In this document: piece after piece, positions 8,601 through 17,010 of the stretch
Layout: every line of letters starts with the position of its first letter
Position numbering within the stretch: the first letter of the stretch is position 1
From: Akkermansiaceae bacterium
GTDB lineage: Bacteria > Verrucomicrobiota > Verrucomicrobiia > Verrucomicrobiales > DEV007
NCBI GenBank assembly: GCA_018675395.1
Contig: JABGYE010000254.1
Coordinates: 1 to 62,383 of the forward strand
DNA length: 62,383 nucleotides
Reading direction: 5' to 3'
Translations under genes and position numbers: made by a program
The notes under the pieces: generated by a model
What the model saw: the letters and a program-made list of their open reading frames with translations, nothing else
The model's database searches: none
What the model was told of the DNA's origin: nothing

Positions 8601-10839
8601 CATCCGTTGATTCCATTGATCGGTCGAAGTCCCATATTGGACCATACTCAATTTTTTCATTCCGTTTTTTATGAAAGAAAGTTGATAGCCTTAGTGCATC
8701 TGCATTAAGTGTTAAAACATTTAGCAAATGATGATCTACCCAGGAAAGTGTATTAATGTAGTCTCCGAAATTATCAGTGCTAAGGGCAGAGCTCATCTCG
8801 TTTATGTGATTTTGGACCCAGTTTGACTGATCGGAGCTTACATCATCTTCTTTAGGATATACCCATCCGAGTGTTTGTCCGCCCGCACGTAAACCGGAAT
8901 CACCTGGATCAAGACGATCTACTTTGAGAATATATCCTCCCGTAATTTCAGGTTCTTCAGATACATTATCAGTTAGTCTTTCGACATTAACTCGACCTTT
9001 GTCACGAGAAACTTTTTCCATGAACGTATAAACTCCATCGTAATCGTTGCCATAACTTAATGTTCCACCATTATCATCTTTGAAAAGTTCTACGAACTTT
9101 GTTCTCACAGCATATCTTCCGACCTGATTACTCAGTTCATAAATAAGAGCATTTCTCATTAGACTGCGGTCGTATACTGATCGTGCATTTAGAATGAAGT
9201 CTGATTCTTCCGGGAAACCCAGTGGGGAGATGTTTTTGTTTCGGTTTGATTCGTTCCATGCCTCAATGGAGAATGCTTTTTTACTAAATCCTGAAGATGA
9301 GGAACCTCTCACTTTCCATCCTCCTCGTGTGCCGAGGGAGTAGGGCCCGTTGAGTCGTGTCTTTCCTGTTTGTGGGTCAGGTTCAAAGAATGCAAAGAAA
9401 GTAAATGTTTTACCATTAGCTGCCGTGGTGCCACCATTTGAGAACCGCTCCATAATAATTACAGGAAGGTTAGAACTGAAATTTTGAGCGTCTGTTGAGA
9501 GTCTTATGTACCCAGCTTCTGATACTGGGCCCGCTGTGAGTCCATCTTCGAAGGATCTGGTACGTAGTAGTGTTGATGTCTCGAGGTTTATAGTGCCACC
9601 AGTGTACAGAGATGATGTTTCTGTTGGCAGTGAACCGTTAGTTGTGTATCGGATTTGCGCTTGGGGTGATTTTGTTGACAGACTAAGAGTTAAGTTTCCA
9701 GTGAAGCCGCGTCCAGGTTGAGAAATTAAAACTGGTCCAGAAGGTAAACCTGAGTCGGATCCATTGTTTTTCCCAGGACTTGGAATTTGAAAATATCCTA
9801 ATTCAGGTGGTTTGGGTTCCGCTCCTTCATCAGGTTTGATGATATATTGGGCTTCGAGGCGAGGAAGGGCGAGTAGGTCAGAGCTCCTAGTGTCACCATT
9901 CATTACATGGATTGCTAATAAGTTATTACCTGTTCGGACAATTTCTGAAGCTTGCGCGGACAGGTCCGTATCGATAAACGAGATTGCCTGACTGTCAGGA
10001 TGATCTGTGCTAGCATCTGAGTTCCAGGTAGGTGATGCCGGCTTGTTTCCTGAAGCGATTTCTATGCCGTTAATATATGCAATGAACCCATCGTCGTATT
10101 TCATGCGAAAAGTAAGAGTCGAAAGTCCTTTCAATGAATCGATTGAGAAAGGAATTCGTATATACGCAGTAGAGTTTGTGTCATAAGTTTGTTCTTCAAT
10201 ATCACCGCCAGCACCTATTAGATTTTCATATCCACTCGAGCGCTCATATCCAATGCCTGTTGTGGCATTTGACCAGGTTTCATCATTGTAATTAAGCGAG
10301 TACCAGGCAGTTCCAATGTTGTTGGAGGGCACTAATAATTTACAAGCATCTCCTTCCCTAACTAGGGTAGTTGAAAAGCTTTCCCCTTCCCCTTTTATGC
10401 CATATGAGAAATCTTCATATTGGGCTGGAAAGTCAGACAATTCAGAAACGACGGTTTTTCCGCCAGGGTCCACAAGACCAAGGTATCCTCCAGACTTTGA
10501 AATTTTAAAGTTTGTGTGGAGCTCTCCATTGTCACGGTCCTTGCCAGATGCGAACACAATCAAATATGCATCAGCAGCTAGTGAGACCTTTGGAAACTCC
10601 CATTTTTTCAAATCATCCCGATCATTTGTAAGGAAGTATCCTTCAAGATCAATGGTGTTTGGGTGGGGGTTGTGAATTTCTATCCAATCTGATGATTGTC
10701 CATCTTCATCGTAAAGCGTTGATCTATTCAAAGCTACGAATTCATTAATTATTGGAGCCGGGAAGGCTTCAGAAAGTAAAAATAAAATCGAGGAGAATAA
10801 CAAGATTATCGATCGATAACGCTTGGGGGAATGATTCAT
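5632..10839 (-). CDS. Giant secreted CotH-kinase-family protein with four lamin-tail domains (LTD), chitobiase-C-like modules and a duplicated beta-rich module
   Basis: 1735 aa with signal peptide MNHSPKRYRSIILLFSSILFLLSEAF. LTD signatures are IINEFVA...DWIEIHNP, VITEIMYDP...FEWIELQN, FINEVLSN...TIELYNPN and IITELMYHP...EYIEIKN. The CotH core spans aa ~455-845 (FILNARSVYDRSLMRNALIYELSNQVGRYAVRTKFVELF...GVYTFMEKV...GGYILKVDR). C-terminal acidic motif DADSDGIANILEYLLGSDP. Confidence 0.8.
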   Translation of the reverse strand: MNHSPKRYRSIILLFSSILFLLSEAFPAPIINEFVALNRSTLYDEDGQSSDWIEIHNPHPNTIDLEGYFLTNDRDDLKKWEFPKVSLAADAYLIVFASGKDRDNGELHTNFKISKSGGYLGLVDPGGKTVVSELSDFPAQYEDFSYGIKGEGESFSTTLVREGDACKLLVPSNNIGTAWYSLNYNDETWSNATTGIGYERSSGYENLIGAGGDIEEQTYDTNSTAYIRIPFSIDSLKGLSTLTFRMKYDDGFIAYINGIEIASGNKPASPTWNSDASTDHPDSQAISFIDTDLSAQASEIVRTGNNLLAIHVMNGDTRSSDLLALPRLEAQYIIKPDEGAEPKPPELGYFQIPSPGKNNGSDSGLPSGPVLISQPGRGFTGNLTLSLSTKSPQAQIRYTTNGSLPTETSSLYTGGTINLETSTLLRTRSFEDGLTAGPVSEAGYIRLSTDAQNFSSNLPVIIMERFSNGGTTAANGKTFTFFAFFEPDPQTGKTRLNGPYSLGTRGGWKVRGSSSSGFSKKAFSIEAWNESNRNKNISPLGFPEESDFILNARSVYDRSLMRNALIYELSNQVGRYAVRTKFVELFKDDNGGTLSYGNDYDGVYTFMEKVSRDKGRVNVERLTDNVSEEPEITGGYILKVDRLDPGDSGLRAGGQTLGWVYPKEDDVSSDQSNWVQNHINEMSSALSTDNFGDYINTLSWVDHHLLNVLTLNADALRLSTFFHKKRNEKIEYGPIWDFDRSMESTDGRDNNPSTWSGGTSYFTFPWWGSLFDNENFWQVYIDRYFELREGAFATSNVHSIIDNMATELNEAQARNFRRWSDQPRFGSYQGEINHLKDWLGTRLDWMDGQFAPRPTTNKTAGSYPPGTKITLNANLAGNQNIYYTLDGSDPRPPDQSDPLNGTIIIDENIAVRALVPTSNISSSWYRDLNFNDGSWIQGTNGVGYERSNGYDPYINIDVDDEMSGRTSCYIRVKFDLTQTDIEKWNYMILQMRYDDGFVAYLNGTRIASSQAPGNLTWNSSATQTHDDGSATIFQKFDTSNFINQLKSGQNLLAIHALNESTSSSDFLNQVKLITGFDEDAGDGGTNGFKYTGPITLQKTTRLFARAFDSDGGNSTSSGRTPVGTGWSAPLKIEYLVNEDQASASNLVITEIMYDPYDFAGPKTNNSDFEWIELQNTSSNPISLTGVNFKSGIEFTFPGLTLEPKKSTVIVGNLEEFEKNYGSNTNYLIAGEFSGALNNGGEDIQLITAGGDIIQRISYPDNIANEGYSLVLGIDGWRQSRTLLGSPGINEALEIELPNVFINEVLSNSVPPQVDTIELYNPNPFPVNISGWLLTDDLRDQLKFKIPNGVQLPEKGYSTFTENDFVNFALDSFGEEVFLIANNSNNQRLGYVNGFKFGDSGSGFSIGRHVTSDGNIRYEPMSTQTFGSANSEPVSGPLIITELMYHPENNNTEYIEIKNIGSSTFNLQGTEISGIDYQFNDPISTLNPEHILLIVKEDPTTFRNNYSVPETVAIYGPFVGSLDNGGERIRIRIPEKSAINGEPDLKVSIDIAEYSDQDPWPTSADGQGSSLHRTHPIKYAGDPKSWKAAAPSPGITNNDNFDWRELFFSPEEITDNALSGPLADADSDGIANILEYLLGSDPRKSESRIFKEFMRQEQANETGKFELKIKRLKNIVGYEIIIESSTDLINWIAPTKQLILKKQSDNGDGTVNITYSTSDPLTSRKTYFRIRAIESP
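7621..8070 (-). repeat. Copy 2 (aa ~924-1073) of the ~150-aa intragenic duplicated module
   Basis: Copy 2 reads WYRDLNFNDGSWIQGTNGVGYERSNGYD...LQMRYDDGFVAYLNGTRIAS...QNLLAIHALNESTSSSDFL. The conserved blocks are in the same order as in copy 1. The duplication is diverged and visible at protein level only. Confidence 0.8.
9850..10308 (-). repeat. Copy 1 (aa ~178-330) of a ~150-aa module duplicated within the CotH/LTD gene
   Basis: Copy 1 reads WYSLNYNDETWSNATTGIGYERSSGYE...FRMKYDDGFIAYINGIEIAS...NNLLAIHVMNGDTRSSDLL. This aligns block for block with copy 2. Confidence 0.8.
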
Positions 10840-10842
10840 AGG

Positions 10843-10859
10843 GGACTATAATATAGTCC
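10843..10859. promoter_or_regulatory. 17-bp perfect palindrome GGACTATA-A-TATAGTCC, 3 nt upstream of the start codon of the CotH/LTD gene
   Basis: Read directly: 10843-10850 ggactata, 10851 a, 10852-10859 tatagtcc. The start codon complement (cat) is at 10837-10839. The palindrome contains TATAAT on the + strand and TATATT/TATTAT on the - strand. Confidence 0.3.
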
Positions 10860-10938
10860 ATAAAAACAATAAGCCGAATAAAAGAATTTAGAGAGATATT
10901 CTCAATGATTTGGAACAAAAATAAGGGCAGTATCCTGT

Positions 10939-12408
10939 TTAAATTTCTGGAATTTTTTCATTCTTTTTGATGGGTTTACCTTCCCAAATAACAGATCCAG
11001 ATTCTTTGTCATAAGTGAGCACGCGATGCGCGCTTCCCGGTGCTGGTTTCTTATTATTTTTTGGTATCCACTTGCGGTGATTTTCCATTATTTCCCGATA
11101 TTGCGCACTGTTCGCAAGGTTCGTCCATTCGTTAGGGTCCTTTATCATGTTATAAAGTTCCTCGCTCCCATCAGCGTATTGGATATAACGCCATTTTTCT
11201 GACCGGACTCCGTTATTATCGTGATTGTGGCATGTGATGGCCGGGCGATCGCGCTTTGTTGAAGCGTCTTTGAGTTGAGGCATCAAGCTAATGCCTTCTA
11301 AATCTTTTTTGAAGGGGAGTCCGCAAAGTTCATTAAGTGATGGGTAAATGTCTAGCAGCTCCGCGGGTTGGGTGCAGCGTCCTTTGTTTATTCCAGGGCC
11401 AGCAAAGATTAGTGGAACGCGGGTACCATCATCCCAGAGTGTATTTTTTCCCGTAATTTCTTTTTCTCCAATGTGCCAACCATGATCGGACCATAAAACG
11501 ACAATTGTATTTTCGGTTAATTTCTTTTTCTCTAAAGCTTCCAGAACTCGTCCGACCTGAGCGTCGACAAAACTTGTGCATGCCAGATATGACCGGGTTA
11601 AATTTTTCCACTCATTGTGTTCTTGTAAGAATTTGAGACGGACTTCGGGAAGTCTCCAATGCAGATACCATGAGAAACGAGGAGTGTCTTTCCGGTCATT
11701 GAGTTTGATTTGTGGAAGCTTTAAAGTGCTTTCAGGATAAATATCGAACCATTTTTGGGTTGCGAAACAAGGGACGTGCGGCAAGAAGAATCCTACCGAA
11801 AGAAAGAAAGGTTCATCGGGTTTAGCATTAATTTGCTCTATCGCCCAATCTGCTATTTTAAAGTCTCCCTTATCTTCGTCTTTGTGTGGAAAAGTTCCCC
11901 AATCCACTAAACGGTGAGCTTGGGGAGTCTTTGCGACTAATCTTTTTTCTGGAAAGGGGGCCGCAGTTGCTCCTGGACCAAGAACATCGAACTCCTTATT
12001 TTTTTTTGAATTCCTTCCATATCTACCATGATAGATTTTTCCTGCTGACAGTGTTTTATATCCATGTGATTTAAGATGTTGTGGGAGAGTGACTATATCT
12101 TTCAAATCAGGGACATCACGAAACCATGGGGACAGTCCGTAAATTCCAGTGGTAGTTGGGCGCAGCCCTGTCATTAGACTTGTTCGTGATGGATTACACA
12201 GTGGTGATTGACAGTGTGCATTAAGAAAAACGGTTCCCCTTGCTGCGAGTTTATCTATGTTCGGAGTCTTAATTTGTGGATGTCCTCCTAGGCAGCCGAT
12301 CCAGTCATTTTGATCGTCAATTGCAATAAAAAGAACGTTAGGTTTGGCTTGAGAGGTCGTAAGGCAAAGCAATATTGAGATAAAGAGAAATGATATTTTG
12401 TGAATCAT
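10939..12408 (-). CDS. Cys-type sulfatase (iduronate-2-sulfatase-like)
   Basis: 489 aa with signal peptide. KPNVLFIAIDDQNDW, the formylglycine motif LCNPSRTSLMTG (C-x-P-x-R), and VLWSDHGWHIGEK. Confidence 0.9.
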   Translation of the reverse strand: MIHKISFLFISILLCLTTSQAKPNVLFIAIDDQNDWIGCLGGHPQIKTPNIDKLAARGTVFLNAHCQSPLCNPSRTSLMTGLRPTTTGIYGLSPWFRDVPDLKDIVTLPQHLKSHGYKTLSAGKIYHGRYGRNSKKNKEFDVLGPGATAAPFPEKRLVAKTPQAHRLVDWGTFPHKDEDKGDFKIADWAIEQINAKPDEPFFLSVGFFLPHVPCFATQKWFDIYPESTLKLPQIKLNDRKDTPRFSWYLHWRLPEVRLKFLQEHNEWKNLTRSYLACTSFVDAQVGRVLEALEKKKLTENTIVVLWSDHGWHIGEKEITGKNTLWDDGTRVPLIFAGPGINKGRCTQPAELLDIYPSLNELCGLPFKKDLEGISLMPQLKDASTKRDRPAITCHNHDNNGVRSEKWRYIQYADGSEELYNMIKDPNEWTNLANSAQYREIMENHRKWIPKNNKKPAPGSAHRVLTYDKESGSVIWEGKPIKKNEKIPEI

Positions 12409-12596
12409 GTGTATTTAAATATTAAGTACTGATTATATAAAATTTTACAGTTCTGGAAAACTTATGAATGATGAGATATTCATTGTAGTCTGGATCATGC
12501 TTTTTGTTAGTTCTCAATAGACGTTCATTTAGCAGGCTGTAATACTTGTATTTTAAGTATCACTATTTTAATACGCAAAAAAAATTATTTATACTA

Positions 12597-13898
12597 ATGT
12601 CTTCTCCAAAATATGATTTTCAAAACAAGCACAGAGTTGTGATTGTTGGAGGAGGAGTCATTGGACTTTGTGTTGCTTACTATGCATTAAGAGCTGGTAA
12701 AAGAGTTATTCTCTTGGAAAGGGAGCCTGAAGAGGGTGATAATTGCTCTGTAGAGAATGCTGGTATGGTTGTGCCAAGTCATTTCGTTCCTTTAGCTGCG
12801 CCAGGAATGATAGCATTGGGCCTTAGGTGGATGCTAAGTAGAGAAAGTCCCTTTGCGATTCGTTTGCGACCGAGTAGAAAATTAATGCGCTGGCTTTATT
12901 TGTTTTGGCGTTCCGCAAATAAAAAACATGTCATACATAACCGTGAGCTTTTGCGTGATTTGAATTTAAAGAGTCGTGAGCTATTTGTGGAACTGGCGGA
13001 GGGCGGCTCTTATGAATTGGTGAAGAGAGGATTATTAATGCTCTGCAAGGGATCTCATTCACTTGAAGAAGAATCGATTCTAGCTTCGGACGCCAATGAA
13101 TTAGGTCTTGAGGTAGAAGTATGTGATTCGAAAAGATTGTCTGAGATAGACCCAGACATTGAAATGGATGTAGAAGGAGGAGTTTGGTTCAAAGAGGATT
13201 GCCATCTAGATCCTGATTTATTTTTAAAACAGCTAAGAAAAAAAATTCTTGGGATGGGTGCAGAAATACACTATCAGGTTTATGCTGATGGTTTTGTTTT
13301 AGAGAATGGCCAAGCTAAGGCCTTGCGCTGTATTAATTTAGAAGGGAGTGAATCCTCAAATGATAGTATCGAAGCGGATCAATTTGTTATTGCAGGAGGT
13401 GCATGGTCATCATCTCTGGCTCGTGATTTGGGACTCGATCTTCCTCTCCTAGCCGGTAAGGGTTATTCAATGACGGTACCAGAACCTGTGCAACTGCCGC
13501 GTGTCTGTTCTATTCTCAATGAGGCTCGGGTTGCAGTGACTCCGATGGGAGGTTCTTTGCGTTTTGCAGGAACTATGGAATTAGGTGATAACGATTTATC
13601 CATAAATGCTCGTCGTGTTAAGGGCATTCTAAAGTCAATTCCCAAATACTTTCCTCAGTTTAAAGCTGAGCATTTTAATGGTATCAAGAGATGGTCTGGT
13701 CTTAGGCCCTGTTCGCCTGATGGTTTGCCATACATTGGTCCGGCCGGTCCGGGTGCGAATGGTGTCTTTATTGCAACTGGCCATTCAATGATGGGTCTGA
13801 GTCTTGGCCCAATAACTGGTCACATTATGGCGAATATCCTTTGTAATGAACATAACGAATTACCATTAGATGCGTTGTTTCCGGGGCGGTTTGCTTGA
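12597..13898 (+). CDS. FAD-dependent oxidoreductase, D-amino-acid / D-hydroxyproline dehydrogenase-like
   Basis: Rossmann dinucleotide motif VVIVGGGVIGLCVAYY close to the N-terminus, and a DadA/DAO-like length. The ORF track starts at TTG 12546. I prefer the in-frame ATG at 12597 (MSSPKYDF...), which leaves the GxGxxG motif ~15 aa from the start. Confidence 0.8.
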   Translation: MSSPKYDFQNKHRVVIVGGGVIGLCVAYYALRAGKRVILLEREPEEGDNCSVENAGMVVPSHFVPLAAPGMIALGLRWMLSRESPFAIRLRPSRKLMRWLYLFWRSANKKHVIHNRELLRDLNLKSRELFVELAEGGSYELVKRGLLMLCKGSHSLEEESILASDANELGLEVEVCDSKRLSEIDPDIEMDVEGGVWFKEDCHLDPDLFLKQLRKKILGMGAEIHYQVYADGFVLENGQAKALRCINLEGSESSNDSIEADQFVIAGGAWSSSLARDLGLDLPLLAGKGYSMTVPEPVQLPRVCSILNEARVAVTPMGGSLRFAGTMELGDNDLSINARRVKGILKSIPKYFPQFKAEHFNGIKRWSGLRPCSPDGLPYIGPAGPGANGVFIATGHSMMGLSLGPITGHIMANILCNEHNELPLDALFPGRFA

Positions 13899-13916
13899 TA
13901 GATATGAATTAATTTA

Positions 13917-14921
13917 ATGTTTGTGAGTGCTGGACTGGCGGCATCGAAAGAGTTAAAAAATACACTAATGTGCAAGGATGTTAAGAAAATCAGAGTCATT
14001 GATTCCCATACTGCTGGTGAACCGACCAGAGTAGTTGTTGATGGTGCACCTGATCTTGGAGTAGGTAATATGGCAGAACTTCGAGACCAGTTTGAAGAAA
14101 AAGCACATTGGTTAAGGACCGCTTTATTGAGTGAGCCTAGAGGTTTTGAAGCAATGGTGGGTGCTCTGCTTTGTGAACCTAATAATCCTAAGTCCGCAGC
14201 GGGTGTTATTTTTTTTAATAATTCAGGTGTTTTAAAAGGATGCATACATGGGACGATAGGACTTATTAAGACTCTTGAATTTATGGGGCGCATTTCAACT
14301 GGGACTCATGATATAGAGACACCGGTCGGTACCATAAATGCTGAATTGAGGTCAGACGGTTCTGTGAGGGTGACGAATGTTCCTAGTTATCGTTATCTGA
14401 GTAATGTTGAAATTGATATTGAAGGATTTGGTAAAGTTCTAGGAGATGTCGCTTGGGGAGGTAACTGGTTTTATCTCATTGAAGGGTACGGGCCAGAAAT
14501 TAAATTAAGTAACTTAAAAGACCTGAGCTCATTTTCGATCGCTGCAATGGAGGCCCTTGAGGCTGCAGGTGTCTTTGGTGATGACGGCAGTAAAATTGAT
14601 CATGTTGAAATTTTTGGACCTCCTTCTGATCCCCTTAAATCAGATTCGAGGAATTTTGTAATGTGTCCTGGAGGGGAATATGACCGATCTCCTTGCGGTA
14701 CCGGAACCAGTGCTAAATTAGCCTGTTTGCATGCTTCCGGAAAATTGAAACCAGATCAAATTTGGAGACAAAGCAGTATTCTGGGAACTGTCTTTGAGGG
14801 GGAAGTGATGCCACTGGAAGATCAAAAAGTAGTTCCAAAAGTAAGTGGTCGGGCATGGGTTAACGGAGAGATTAATATTTTGATTGATCCTTCTGACCCT
14901 TTCCGTTTTGGTATTGGATAG
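13917..14921 (+). CDS. Proline racemase family protein, probably 4-hydroxyproline 2-epimerase
   Basis: IRVIDSHTAGEPTRVVV near the N-terminus. Both catalytic-position cysteines are present (LKGCIHGTIG and DRSPCGTGTSA). The Cys/Cys pair is characteristic of racemase/epimerase members rather than the dehydratase members. An alternative start at ATG 13968 (MCKDVKKIRVIDSH) is possible. Confidence 0.8.
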   Translation: MFVSAGLAASKELKNTLMCKDVKKIRVIDSHTAGEPTRVVVDGAPDLGVGNMAELRDQFEEKAHWLRTALLSEPRGFEAMVGALLCEPNNPKSAAGVIFFNNSGVLKGCIHGTIGLIKTLEFMGRISTGTHDIETPVGTINAELRSDGSVRVTNVPSYRYLSNVEIDIEGFGKVLGDVAWGGNWFYLIEGYGPEIKLSNLKDLSSFSIAAMEALEAAGVFGDDGSKIDHVEIFGPPSDPLKSDSRNFVMCPGGEYDRSPCGTGTSAKLACLHASGKLKPDQIWRQSSILGTVFEGEVMPLEDQKVVPKVSGRAWVNGEINILIDPSDPFRFGIG

Positions 14922-14934
14922 TGCTTGAGAAAAA

Positions 14935-16977
14935 ATGAAGCAGAGTCCCGTAATTATCTTGGCCGTTTTTTTAGCGCTCAATGCGGAGTCGTCAGAAAGA
15001 AAGAATGCCTTTGATAATCTGATTAAACCTGTATTCCAAGCAAGCTGCATTAAATGCCATGGGGGAAAAGGTAAAGTTAAAGGTAAGTTAAATCTTTTGG
15101 AGCTGAATACTTTGCCCAAGTTTCAAGAAGATGCTGAACGCATTGAAAAAATAATTATAGCTATAGAGAATGGCGAGATGCCGCCCGAAGAGGAAAGTCC
15201 GATACCGGAACCAGAAAAGAAATTAATCCTGACGGAACTGGAATCAGTATTAATGGAATCGATACTTAAAAATAATTCTTTTGCGCGGACTCCGATCCGC
15301 AGAATGAATCGTTTTCAGTATGCTAATGCTGTTAAGGACCTTCTTAATCTAAGAGTCGAAGTTTACCCGCTTCCTGAAAGAATGATGAGAGACCGCAGTA
15401 ATTATTTCCGTCCCGAGACTGGCAAGATGCCCGACAAAATGACGGTGAGTAGTCGTCCACTGGGAAAGTCCGGATTGATTGAGCCTCGACTGGCTGGGGT
15501 CGCTCCATTCCCTCAAGATCTTAGAGCTGAAAATGGTTTTGATAATCAAGGAGATCACCTCTCGTTATCACCGTTCCTTATGGAAAGCTTCCTCAATTTG
15601 GCAGGTTCGATTGTTCAAAGTACTAATTTTAACAATAAGACTTGTGGTACATGGAATGATTTATTTGCGGAGCCTAAGCAAGGATCCAATATTCTACAGG
15701 TATCCAGGGAACGATTATACCCCTTCTTGTCGAAGGCATTTCGGAGGCCAGTCGAAGAAAATGTAATTGAGCGTTATGCTGGATACGTTGAGCGTCTCGT
15801 CAGTTCAGGCAAACCCTTTACTCATGCCATGAAGGAAACTGTATCGGCAGTTCTGGCATCCCCGCGATTCCTTTATCTTTATGATAGACAATTAGGGAAA
15901 GGTTCCATTGAGAAGATTGATGATTATGAACTGGCTTCTAGACTTTCTTTTTTTCTTTGGGGGAGCTTACCTGATGAAATTTTACTGGAAGCAGCAAAGA
16001 TTGGCCATCTATCAGATCCTGCTATTCTAAATCAGCAAGTGGACCGCATGCTTAAGGATCGTCGAGTCAAACGTTTCTGTGACAGTTTCCCTTCCCAATG
16101 GTTGCAATTGGATCGAATCATTTCGGCGGTTCCGGACGTTAAGAAATATCCGGACTTTTATTACGCTCCACCAAATTATCGTACCACTATGGATATGATG
16201 ATGGAGCCGTTGTTGCTTTTTGAAAATGTATTAGTAGAGGACCGTTCTATTCTTGAACTAATTGATTCAAATTACAGTTTTCGATCTACGCGTCTTGCTA
16301 AGTGGTATGATCCAGAAATTAAAGGTAGGCTTGGAGGCCCAACCACAATGCAATTTCAACGTGTTGCTTTGACAGATCGTCGTCAGGGCGGGGTCATCAC
16401 ATCTGCTGCGGTCCTCACAATGACATCAGGACCCGAAGAAACTAAACCCATAACACGAGGTGCATGGATTGCGGGTGTTATTTTCAACGATCCTCCAGAA
16501 CCGCCTCCAGCCGATGTTCCACCACTTAAGCGTGAAGATCCGAATGATGCTAAGAAGAGAACATTCCGTGAACGCTTTGCACAGCACCGCGAACGCGCTG
16601 ATTGTGCCGGATGTCATGTAAAACTTGACCCTCTTGGTTTTGCTTTAGAGAATTTTGATGCAGTGGGCCGATGGCGAGATAATTACGAGAATGGCCCAAA
16701 AGTAGATTCGTCTGGCACATTATTTAGAAAGCATGAATTTTCCAGTATTATAGAGTTTAAGGATGCTATTCTTATAGAGAAGAACCGTTTCGCTCGTGCT
16801 TTGGCCTCACACTTATTAGCTTTTGCGCTCGGTCGTGAGGTTACTGTAGCCGATTCTGAAGCTCTGGATTTGGTTGCAAAAATGACGGCTGAGCGTAATT
16901 ATAGTTTACGGACCATGATTCATGAAATCACCCGTAGTAAACCATTCCATAGCAAATTTATTCCTAACGAAAATTGA
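14935..16977 (+). CDS. Exported PVC-type multi-DUF protein (DUF1587/DUF1592/DUF1595/DUF1588/DUF1585 family) with cytochrome-c-type CxxCH motifs
   Basis: 680 aa with signal peptide. CIKCHGGKGKVKGKLNL (planctomycete cytochrome-c-like), RRMNRFQYANAVKDLLNL (DUF1587-like), FLSKAFRRPVEENVIERY (DUF1595-like) and DCAGCHVKLDPLGFALENFDAVGRWR (DUF1588/1585-like). Confidence 0.8.
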   Translation: MKQSPVIILAVFLALNAESSERKNAFDNLIKPVFQASCIKCHGGKGKVKGKLNLLELNTLPKFQEDAERIEKIIIAIENGEMPPEEESPIPEPEKKLILTELESVLMESILKNNSFARTPIRRMNRFQYANAVKDLLNLRVEVYPLPERMMRDRSNYFRPETGKMPDKMTVSSRPLGKSGLIEPRLAGVAPFPQDLRAENGFDNQGDHLSLSPFLMESFLNLAGSIVQSTNFNNKTCGTWNDLFAEPKQGSNILQVSRERLYPFLSKAFRRPVEENVIERYAGYVERLVSSGKPFTHAMKETVSAVLASPRFLYLYDRQLGKGSIEKIDDYELASRLSFFLWGSLPDEILLEAAKIGHLSDPAILNQQVDRMLKDRRVKRFCDSFPSQWLQLDRIISAVPDVKKYPDFYYAPPNYRTTMDMMMEPLLLFENVLVEDRSILELIDSNYSFRSTRLAKWYDPEIKGRLGGPTTMQFQRVALTDRRQGGVITSAAVLTMTSGPEETKPITRGAWIAGVIFNDPPEPPPADVPPLKREDPNDAKKRTFRERFAQHRERADCAGCHVKLDPLGFALENFDAVGRWRDNYENGPKVDSSGTLFRKHEFSSIIEFKDAILIEKNRFARALASHLLAFALGREVTVADSEALDLVAKMTAERNYSLRTMIHEITRSKPFHSKFIPNEN

Positions 16978-17010
16978 TTATTGGAAGACATATAGAGCCG
17001 TCATCAATAA

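Noticed and set aside
12464-12520. 18-codon hydrophobic mini-ORF (MNDEIFIVVWIMLFVSSQ) in the leader of the hydroxyproline/DUF1592 gene block
   Set aside because: It has no recognisable ribosome-binding context and lies in an AT-rich divergent promoter region where short ORFs arise by chance. I have no conservation information. It is worth a look only if ribosome profiling exists.
13820-14293. Long antisense shadow ORFs (this one of 157 aa; also 45727-46182, 5708-6175, 3613-4032 and 14718-15119)
   Set aside because: Each lies entirely inside or across a well-supported gene on the opposite strand, has Ser/Pro/Leu-rich low-complexity translations and carries no motif. This is typical of non-coding reverse-frame ORFs.
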